The notes under the pieces: generated by a model
The model's database searches: none
What the model was told of the DNA's origin: nothing
Seen by the model: only the letters and a program-made list of their open reading frames with translations
Origin: Mytilus trossulus
Lineage: Eukaryota
Direction: 5' to 3'
Length of the DNA stretch: 64,000 bases
Assembly (NCBI RefSeq): GCF_036588685.1
Contig: NC_086376.1
Span: 67,249,630 to 67,313,629, forward strand
Part shown: positions 50,017 through 61,200 of the stretch, one piece after another
How positions within the stretch are numbered: the stretch's first letter is position 1
Layout of the letters: each line of letters starts with the position of its first letter
Made by a program: the position numbers and the translations under genes

Positions 50017-53000
50017 ATGGTGCTAGAAGAGATGGGAGAGTTGTTAGAAATGTTCAAGCACAGTTTCCCCCTCTCTTTCCTATTTTTTGTCCCGATTCTT
50101 GTATTGATTTCACCCGTAAACACAGCACATGAGTTCTCAGCGTTTCGGATGCAGCAGTACGATCTTCATGGCTCGCATCATGGTAAACATATACATTTAA
50201 ATTATGTGCACCCCCAAGCGTGCTTTGGGTTTGCCATCAAGCGCCAGACGTTCTTTTTATATTGTTCGATCAGGAAAATTCTCTAATGTCATTATAAAAT
50301 ATTTTGAGGTTAAGTAACGGATGTCATTTATTTTCTTTCAGCAAATACATTTGTACTTGGCTTAAATTATACAGTTAAGTCTTCTCTTTCTACGGGGGAT
50401 TTGTACTTCATGTTTAGCAGAAATGTCCCTGAAAGACTAGGGGAATAGCTCTGGTAGCATGGATGGAGGCGATTACATACAGACACATAAAAACACATCT
50501 GCTTCCATTTCTACATTTTAATCAGACAAAGCTTGACATCACAAACATAAATACAACGTCAACATACTGGCAAAAGGGGAAAAACTCTCTTTCACATAGA
50601 AACCTAATCCAACCATTCACACTGATACATAGCACCACGGTTCGAAATTGTAAACTAGACGTCCATTTTATGTATGCCCGGCTGTATCAGAAGGGGCATT
50701 AAGTATTAGGCAGCAACCAGGCATGATTTTATGTTTTGTTTTATCCTGATGACTGTGCCCTAGGCACAGAAACATGTCGATCAATAAATTACTGCAGCAG
50801 TCCCTAAAGTGTTGTCTCTACATTTTATGTATTTTATCATAAGGACCCTGCATACCAGAGGTATTCACTTTATGGACTCTACTGTACTGCAGATTCATCA
50901 GGCGTTGGCTCATTTTTTGGGGAATTTATTTTGCACAGGTTTACCAGAGGTTAATCACCAAAAATTAGCCATTGAACAATCAGATCTTACTGTTACGTTT
51001 AACATTCCATTGTGAGGAAAGAAATTTATGGTTAAATGCAAAAAAACCTAAATACGTCTTTTTAGAACAATGTTTTGTGACTTCACGAGTAGAAAAATAA
51101 CTATAATTATATAAATTGTCGCAAGTATGGAAAACTTTGATCTTTCCTTTTTAAACTACATCAAGTAAATTATAAAATTGTGAATTTGAATAGCAGGGAA
51201 GTGGACTAGAAATGGTAAATCGCAAAATTAAGCATCCCCTTAAAATAAGTTGGGTTACACAACTTTTAATAGGGAGCTTGAAAAAAATGTTGTACTGTTA
51301 TGAATTTTAATCTATAACTATTGTTATGTCCCTTTTATTAATTTTGCAGGATGTCAAGCAGCACAGGTAAACATGGAAGCCAGACCAATTGATGCTAAAA
51401 TGATCACAAGAAGATGCATTGTTACAAAAATGAAAGAGTTCACTATGGCCAAGTATCGTGACTTGATTCAGGAAAATGCTGGTGCATTACTTATCATACT
51501 GCCAAGAAATCTCACATCACTATCAGATGATGACAGACAGGTAACTAGCATTTAATTAACCCACTAACCTAAAGTCTAAAAACATATTAATTAGGATCTT
51601 CAAATGGCAAAGTAGGAGAAATGAGAAGTGTTTCTGTTTGTTTAACCTTTTCAGACCACGATTGACACTTCAGACAGCTGATGATGAGTCTTGGTTTACC
51701 TGGATTGAAATACCTCTTTTATATTTCCCGCTGAAAAACATGGCAAACACTATTGTTCTTTTTTTGTTGAATATCTGGATGAAAGTGTAAACATGGAGCT
51801 TTCCTCTTGTGGAAAACTGTCAAAATCAGATGAAATTTATGGATTTTACTTCAATTTGATATGAGGGAACAATTTTTTTGAAGAATTGAAGCCAGACTAG
51901 TATCGACTAGTATACTTGTTTGACAAAAATGCTGTTTGACAAAAATGCTGTTTTATTTACTAAACATTTGGAATGGACATCATTTGGTGACGAATTTTGG
52001 TCAACCTTGCTAAAAAAAAAATTTGCTGTTTAGGGATAGAAAATTACCGTTTAGGTCAAAAAGTTGGAATTTTAGAAATTTCTAATGTTTCAATGCCGAA
52101 AATATGCAAATTTTGATTTTTTTATGACAAAATTAACTTGAACAAAAAAACTGTCTATTGAATAAAACAAAAACATAAATCAAAGACACCTTTTTATTGA
52201 TATAAAAATGAAAATTTCTCACTTGTGTCACAATAGATAGGGAAGCAATCATCACAGAGTAGATTCTGTCGAGGCAGGTATCATTGAAAGGGTTAAGTCA
52301 ATGTTGGCTGTTTCAAAATTATGATACTATACCAGTTTTCGTCACATTTACATTCTGAAGAATAAAAACACTGCTCACCCTTCAACCTAAATTAATTTGT
52401 TCAAAAGGATTTATGTTGGTTAGATATACATCACAACAAAACACAGGTTGTGTAAATACATGTGGCCATTGCTTTATGAATTCAATCATGCTAAAACTAA
52501 ATGAATACACTAAAGTACACAAATAAATGCTTAAAATAGATTTAAACTTTATCCAGATAATCCAGAGATCTTTTATGTGTAAATTCATTACTCAATTTCT
52601 TGTTGATATTTGTAATTCTAGCACTTACAGACAGTAGAGAAAGATTTAGCAGAGGAAGGGAGCGTTAGTATTCCTGTTTACTTTGCTGAAGAAACAGATG
52701 AGTTACTACAGGTTTATGATGCTATACAGCTTGGTAATACTGGAGACCAAGCAGCATCAGCTCTGGAAGGTAAAAACCTCAGTGTTCTACTATGTATCAT
52801 GTTCTGTAAATTCAGAAATAATTGTTTGAATTTGTTATTGCGATTTTGTCATTTTGGACTATAATGTGATTTTAATTAACTTTTTACCTGAAATATTGCT
52901 CAGGTAACTTTGTTGTTTGAACACCATTTTAAATGTTTATGGAAGTATTACAATAATCAAAGTAGTATCAGAAATGGACCTAAAATTAAAAACAATCACA

Positions 53001-56000
53001 TTATTTCAAAAGTGATTGTAAAGTTCTCAGTGAAATTTGAATTTCTGTCTCTGAAATTTGCACTGAAAAATAAGTATTTAAAATTGTTTCTTTGTACAAG
53101 TTTTAAAATATTTTCTTTGTTTAAATATTTATGAAATTGTTTCTTTGTATAATAATGGCGTCCTTATCCATATTCAGTATTGGATGAATATTAAATGAAT
53201 AATTATTTCGATTTTTTTTAGCCTTGATGAGTGGGGCGAGTGCTAATGGTTTTCAGATGGTAGTAGGTGGACCTCAGTCAAAAAGTCTACCAGATTTCCA
53301 GATAACTAATATTCAGGTACAATATAAAGCTTTTATAGTCAATATGGAAAATAAAAGGTTTGGAAGATACCAAAATGAAAATCTGAACCCATAAATCTAA
53401 TTAGAGACCAACAAAATTGTTTGTAAAAATGAAAAACAACAAAGATTAAACTTCTCAAAATCAAATATATTTTTAATACATGGGTAAGTGGGTACCATAG
53501 CGATTTCACACTAAGATGCATTATGATTCTCAGTCTCAATTGTTGGTGTGGCAAGTTCTAAAACAAACTGCCTTCTAACCTTCCCACACACTTTTTCTGC
53601 AACAACCCTTATGATAGCGTTTGATAATTTTGTAACGTCAACTAGTCTGTGTATTTTTGAAACACGCACTGGACAGATTATTACTCACATTTTGTGCCTA
53701 TTTGTTCATTTCTTTAATGGAAAGATTTATAGGGTTAACTTTTAGTCATATCTGCACACAATAGAAAATATTTTTATCAAGGGAAAAAAAGAAGGGTCAG
53801 GAAAAGACATATGCACTATAGTTTAGACATGGCATATTTCTATTTCATAATGTTTATATCAATAATTTCAATTATAGGGCCATCTGTCAGGGTTTGGAAT
53901 AGAAGAACAGTTACCTACAATAGCTATTGTGGCTCACTATGACGCATTTGGTGTGGCTCCTGTAAGTTTATAAAAATATAAAAAGAATTTAATAAAAGGC
54001 ATCAATTCATTTTACTGAAAAATACTATAAAAAAAAACATATTTTGAGCAAGCAACAAAAATGGTGTTATATAGAATCACTATTGAAAGAACCATATTTA
54101 AGAGTACTCTCAAAATGTATGATAGTAACTGTCTTTGGGAAAATATTGTATATCAGTGATATGAGAAATAATTCTGGTTTGAAAATACATATTACTCTTA
54201 TGCACAATACAAGTGTTCAAATTTTCTAGCAACTTTCCCAAGGTATTCTTAATTTTATCAACATGCTATTTTGGACAATTATTAAGCAAGAGGGCTCATT
54301 AAAAAAATGTAGGATGAGTTATGTAACATTTAATAGTCATTTATACCATAAACAATTTTTTAAAGTGCAATTTTCACACATATAAATATATACTTTTACA
54401 TATTCTGTTTTATTAAATGTTAATCAAAACATTTTTATTTTAGGGTATGTCAGTTGGTGCAGACTCCAATGGTAGTGGTGTAATAGCTTTGTTGGAGTTG
54501 GCTAGACTGTTTTCTAAACTTTACACAAACTCCAGAACTCATGCAAAGTATCCTTGCTTCAAATTATTATATACTAATGTGGCGTAATCAACCAACAATC
54601 AATCAAATTATGATTGAGACAAAAGTTTGAAAAAAAATTACACAAATAAAAATAAATTAGTGTAAAGATGATTTTAATCATGGGTATGAATTAACTTTAT
54701 GATGTCTTTCCTTAGATAAAATATTGTTCTCTATTTTCGTTTCATTGAAAATTATCCTTTTTGTCCTATTTCAAAATCAGCCATGGCTAGAACATGTAAA
54801 ATATCCAAACTCCATGCATTTTAGCAAACCATTTTGCTAAAATAAAATATTTACAAATTACTTAGTCTTTAAAACTAGTGCAAAATTTATAAAGAATTTA
54901 AAATGAAATTGGATAGCTGTTAAGACTGCTGTACCTATAAGACCCTGCATCACATCTTCGTAATAACAGAATTGAATAGTTAAACACTTATTACTTTTTC
55001 TTTAACTTGTGCAAGATATAACCTCATTTTCCTGCTGTCTGGTGGAGGTAAATTTAACTACCAAGGAACAAAGAGGTGGATTGAAGACAATATTGAAAAT
55101 CAGGGTAAGTGTATTGATTCAGATTAAAGCAAATATTTCATCCTAATGAAGCAAGTATCTACACTATATTATATAAAAGATTAAAACAGGATAGCACTGG
55201 GTTACAATCGGGAAAAAAACCATCTAGAAATTATTTAATCTGATCCTGCATTCTAGATCAATAAAGAAACCCCTAGTAGCTAACATGTAGAGGTATGTAA
55301 TTGGGTGAAATTAAATGTCAAGTAAGAAAGGAAGCATTTACAAGATGCCACACAACCTAAAATAAAATTCAACAAAAATATATATTAAAAGGTTATACAC
55401 CCTGCCACCACCAACACAACAAAAAAATAATGATATTAAACCTTAACATACAAAAAAAAATTGCAGAAACAAAAACAGTTTTATCTTACTGTGAACTCTG
55501 AGTCAACAAAATCATGTATTAATAGTTAGACGTCATGTATTGGAAAATTTGATTTGAGATATATAAGATACATGAACATTTTATACATAATTGAAAAATT
55601 GGGATAGAGGATTGTATGCTTTCTGAATTGTCTTTAGGCAATTAATCTTTCTTGAAAATGAAGCCATTCAGAAATATCAATTAACATAAATTTTAAGAAT
55701 AAAACATTGGTTAAAAAATAGTTTCTTAAAATAACAAAAAATCATCTCACAACAACAGAAACATTGTGAATAGTTGTATTTTGATCTTTTACAGAATCAA
55801 GTCTGTTGACAGATGTAGCCTATGTTTTGTGTTTGGACAGCCTTGGTAGGTCAGACAATCTCTTCTTACATGTATCAAAACCACCTAAAGAGGGAACAGC
55901 AGGACATACTTTACTGCAGGTACTGTGTTGGAAGATAATTGTCAGAGATATCCAAACCATATTGAAATTAGCCTTGGAATACATTTCACTGCAAATGCAG

Positions 56001-57022
56001 GACACTGCACCTCAAATGCAATATATTTGTGAACATTCAGCAGAATATATAATAATTACATGCTTTTGTTAAGCTAAATGGTGTATACTCTTGTCATTCA
56101 TGAAGTATTTTAGAATTTAAAAGACTTTTCTAAGTTATTCTTTGAAGAGAATTTGCAATTATGCTGTTCAAAATTTACCACAGAAATAAAAAGATGTCAA
56201 ATAACCAATTTTACGAAATATATTTATTTATAGAACATAGAAGATGTGAGTAAGTCGTTCTTTGAAGAAGTTAAATTCAAGATGAACCACAAGAAGATTA
56301 ACCTTGCTGAGGACATGTTAGCTTGGGAGCATGAGAGATTTAGTATTAAAAGATTACCTGCCTTCACAATGTCAAGTCTGGAATCACATAAAAACCCAGA
56401 CAGAACATCTATATTAGATAAAAGGTAAACAAGATTCTTTACTCTAGACTTACTAATGTAAAATATCTACAAATATAATGCCTACCCATTTTAATATGAA
56501 CTTAGAGCATGAAGGAATTATTTCTAATTGAAATCATGTAAGCTGCAAGGAAGTTTATGAAATTTATAACACAGCATAGCATAATTTTAAGAATATACAT
56601 TATGGATTCAATTATTTTGTTGGTATCTGTCTTTTGCCAATTAATGGAGTTGTATTTTAGTTGATACTTGATATTGTGGTTTGTCAAAGTCTGTATTCAT
56701 ACTTCAATGAACGTGGTTTAGTCTGGAATATGGTTTATATAAATTTACCCGCATGATCAACAAAAAATTTGATAGAAAAACAGAAATATGATCTCAATTT
56801 AATCAGATTTTCTGAGTTTTCAAGTACAATTATATTGTTTCTTGTGGTGTCAATTGAAATTTGATAAACATAATTTCATTTACAAAAATGATTTTTTTTT
56901 ATAGAGATTCTGTAGAAGTTTCAAAATTAACCAGAAACATACAGATCCTAGCAGAAGCATTAGCTAAACATGTATATAACTTAACTAGTCAGGGAAACCT
57001 TCGTCTGTTCTCAGAAGGATTG
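50017..57022 (+). CDS. NCLN: Nicalin (BOS complex subunit, inactive M28 peptidase-like fold), exons 1-10; the gene continues beyond the window
   Basis: Exons 50017-50182, 51350-51540, 52622-52769, 53222-53316, 53878-53961, 54444-54547, 55016-55104, 55795-55919, 56234-56424, 56905-57022 (437 codons). Motifs [70 protein letters not shown]. No stop codon or C-terminal transmembrane segment lies inside the window. Confidence 0.95.
50741..50783 (+). ncRNA. Candidate minimal type I hammerhead ribozyme (Penelope/retrozyme-like) in NCLN intron 1
   Basis: TTATC-CTGATGA-C-TGTGCC-CTA-GGCACA-GAAA-CATG-TC-GATCA. Conserved core boxes intact, 6-bp stem II, palindromic minimal stem III, short stem I, followed immediately by AATAAA. 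Confidence 0.6.
51646..52292. mobile_element. piggyBac-like non-autonomous element in NCLN intron 2
   Basis: TTAA|CCTTTTCA ... TGAAAGGG|TTAA. The TIR match is short. Confidence 0.6.
54548..55015 (+). other. U12-type (minor spliceosome) GT-AG intron, NCLN intron 6
   Basis: 5' splice site GTATCCTTG at 54548. Branch-site-like TTCTTTAAC at 54998-55006, about 10 nt before the terminal AG, with no polypyrimidine tract in between. Confidence 0.85.
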
Positions 57023-57526
57023 GTGAGTCAAATTTAAGTTGAAGACCACAGAAGTACTTTTTTTATAATTTTAAGTTCAACATTAAATTTATTAAGATAT
57101 AGTTTCTAAACCATGGAAATTGTAGAATATTACTTATTTGGAAATATGTAACAAATAATTGTAATAAATATACTTCTATATATTTTTATCACCATATACC
57201 CATATACTTAGCAGTGTTGTCAAAGAGTGGGAAGGATGTGTTATTTGATGTGTATATTTTGGACTTTAACATTTCAATTTCCATACAAAGGCTTTGGAGT
57301 CATTAGCAATATTTGTAACATTTGTTTTTTGTATGCCCTTTGGGTTGAAGAATACTCTGATCACTAGTGCAAAGGTGAAGGTTGCAGCAGCTATTGTTAG
57401 ATAGAAATTTTAGCAATAGTTGAGCTTCAGGGTATCTTTTTAACCACATGTCCTAGTTTTAACTTACTGGAATAGATAAATGACCATTTGATGAAGAAGA
57501 CTTCGATTTTTGACATGACTAAATAT

Positions 57527-58265
57527 TAGTGTTGTTCCGATGATGGGAATAAGTCGGAAATCAGTTGGTTGGGACTGGCGATGTCGATAATCGATTGGGA
57601 TTTTGTTCAATCGATTGTCGTTAAAGTTTCCGGACTTTTAGCTTATTAACTTCCAGTCCGTTTCCGGTTCTCATTTTATATGCGCAGTCAAACAAAATAT
57701 ATCAGTCGATGACAATAAATATGTCAAACATCCTATAATTAAAGACATAACTAATTTCCTTCTTTCTTAACGTGACAGAAGCATTGACTTTACATATTTG
57801 CAGATTGATGGAATGTTATTTAAGCTTAATAACTTTGTATGAAATACCGGTACTTGTTCCTTGAGAGCGTACAAATATTTCAGATTTTAGACAAAATAAT
57901 GTCTTTGCTTCATTAGAACGTGTTTCAAATTGCCTGATATTATTGTTTGATCCATTTGTAGCATCAAAAACGTCATATTCCTTTCCAAATTGCTTGCCAA
58001 ACTTCGTTTATTTTTGTAAATTTTCCGAAATTCGTCCGCCATTTATGAAAATAAGAATCACGAATCGGATACAGTTCAACTACGTAATAATTCCGCATTC
58101 TTGCAATTATAACTTCAGACGCACGAATGACACAATGGACAGAAATTAATGATAACAAAAGTGAAAAATAGCATTCTACACGAATTAACAGACATTTGCC
58201 TTATCCCCTTTGTCTACTGCATATATTATAGTGCAAATGCATTGTTTTATTTTTTTCTGTTAATT
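57527..58265. mobile_element. Possible left arm of a hAT-like non-autonomous element hosting the TTAA transposon
   Basis: Abrupt CpG-rich start TAGTGTTGTTCCGAT with clustered ATCGAT motifs. No matching right end in the window. Confidence 0.35.
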
Positions 58266-58269
58266 TTAA

Positions 58270-61200
58270 AGGAGTAGGGGCTATAACAGCCTAAAATGGC
58301 CCCAGATTTTCAAAAAAATTAAAAGTTATATTTTGCCGATTTTTTGCGATAATTTACTAAAACATGATTCATAGAGTTGAGAAGTGTTGTTGTAATAAAA
58401 AAAAAACATGTTGATGACGTCATAATGGTGGGTGTTAATGACGTCAAATTATAGAAATGTACAAAAAATAACAAAAATACTATGTTCTTTCTCTATTTTG
58501 ACCAACGCACCATGCTTGCACCAAAGAAAAAAATTAATATGTTGTTAAGCATATACTTTTTAAACATCCCCTAAACATTCTTTTTGGTGCAAGCTTGGTG
58601 CGATACTTTATTTTAACTTTTTCATTTTCAAGCAGTGCCATACTAGCCTAGGATTGTGGCTTTATAGTGAGATTCTTCTACCAAAACCCGATTTGTGCAT
58701 TCCTATTTCTTGAATATTCTTAACTTTTAATTACCAAACAATAAAAACATGTCTAGAAACATTAAGAATGTATTCAAATTATTTATTGAGACTTAGTACG
58801 TAAAAAAAATCTTACTGAAAAACAACGAATTTGTACGGTGACTTCTAGATAGTAGACTGCGATAACGGATAAGCCCGGGTTAAAAAAAAAGCCAATTTTG
58901 CCAAAAATAACTTTGCTTATCTTATTGGGTTATAGTGCCTCAATCTTGATAATAATTTGTAGTAGATCGTTGTACTAAGATCTATAATGGTACAAAATAC
59001 AGTCATTCAAGTCTAGAGGTTTCGGAACTCCGGTTTAAACTTTCCGCACTTGTGGTTCGATCATGATTATCATGATTATGCGGATCTGCAAAGTGGTGAC
59101 ATAAATACTGTAGCAACAAATCTGAATAATCGGTATGATTACGTTTATTGTAAGCAGAAAGATGAAGAATATGGTGCTGTTTGACTTAATTGGAGGTAAA
59201 TATGAGAAATGTAAAAAAAAAAAAATGTTAGAAATAGTTAAAGAATTGAAGTTAGAATCGATCAATGAAGCGAACATGAGTTTAAAACAAAATGAACACA
59301 ACGCTATATTTCTTTTTACTTTCCAGTGAGAAATTTCATTCAAAAGTATTTATATCGATCTTTACAAAATCAAAGCGAAAGAAACGGGCAAATAAAGTAC
59401 TAAGAAAAACAGGCTGGGGAAAAAAAAAGAAAACTCGTCGGTCTCTGTGTGTTTGTAGTAACAGACCTAGGTTTTTGCAATAAATGTTAAATCATATAAT
59501 GTTTTAGCAAATATAATTCTAAAGAAGTCTATAAAAGAAATCAGACATGTAGTGTACACAGTATTAATAAAAACAAGTTTACGCTTGCAGACGTCAAGCT
59601 TATAACGCGAAAGATTTCCACCAGTTTTAAATAGTAATATTTACGGTATTACATTGTGTCAGTTTTCATAGCTGCGATCGTTAGATCGTGGCGTTTGGAG
59701 AATGCCGTTTGAGATAGAACCTCACACATACCGAAATATTTTCTTTTTTGTTTTTTTCTTTCAAAAGAAACGGAGTTGTATGATTTATGTTACATGACAA
59801 CATTAAATAATGTTTTTTAACGAACTCAATTATTTTCACTTTGTTGATTGAACTCTTTATAGACTATCTGTAATAAAATCCGATGGAGTCATACTCGGGT
59901 ATCAGAGCGAAAATTAACAGCTTCTTTAAATGAGATTGTTTGTATACTACAATAAAAAAAAAACTATATTCTGTTTCAGACTCTTTTTTATGAAGAAGAT
60001 AGAAGAAACATATTAATCTACCAATATTAATAGACAAGGTATGTGTGATAATACGCCTATATCTAAAGTAATCATTATACTGCAATACGAAGATTCATTA
60101 TACCACATCTATTCTTTGTGCATGCTTTAAACAGTGTACATCAGAGCATACTAGTTGCACATACAATGGTGCATCTCAAAGGATATGACAATTTACAGCG
60201 ATTCGCATACGTCTACTAGTATATAAATAATTATAACTGTTTATGGTTCTCTTTTCGTTTTATTTTTTTCAAATCGCATTCTCTATTAAAAAAAAAAACA
60301 GATTTGAGCTCTACGAGTAGTTGAAGCAGATAAATCACAGAATAAAATATAAAATAAAATAGAATAGATATGATTAAATACGAATACTAACATTCACTTT
60401 TTCTTTTGTTATTCAAATGTAACAATTTGTAATTCATTGTCTCTTTTAGTTGTAGTGTGTTGTTAGTTTGCTGTCTACTCCATGATTTCTTCATATTTGA
60501 ACGGGTTTAATTTTTAGCTGAATTTAAAACAGTACACGCACAGTTTCAAAATAGAAAAAAATATTAATGATTTACTTGTAATTGAAATTGAATTTCTTTG
60601 TTAATACCAATAATATTCTATTTCATCTTTCAGGATATGTCTCAAGTAGCACGATTTACGTGTGTTCTCTGTACTAAGAGGACAAAAAATCATGATAGAC
60701 GGTTTCTTGGTGGAGAAAGTAATAAAGGACTACGCAAATACTTGTACAAATATTTTTTCCTTAATGTTGATAGTTGTGATGTTATATGTGGAGCATGTAG
60801 ACGTAATTATTACAGACAATATGATGACAAGTCAATTACCAATGCTAAACCAGACAAACAGGTACTACCAGCAGCAAGCACATCACAACAGACACTTGTT
60901 TCGCCTAAAACTATAACGTTGTCGCTGTCTTCAATAGGTGGAAGCCACTCAACCTGCTTCGTTTGCAGGAAACGAGGTCCTAAACTAATTGTTGTTTCTT
61001 CCTCAACAAGGCTAACTACATTTGTACAAAATAATATTATAATACCTGCAGGAGCGAGATGTTGCCCTGGTCATATTTCTGATGAGAATTTCAGTGAACA
61101 AGCCATTGAATGTTTATCTGACTTAAGAAAAACAACAGATTTTAACCGAAGTGATATTTTGGACCTTCTTCAAAAAATAAGAATGCTACTCCTAAAAAAT

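Noticed and set aside
50866-50903. Minus-strand CTGATGA followed by a short stem near the NCLN intronic hammerhead
   Set aside because: No GAAA box follows the stem.
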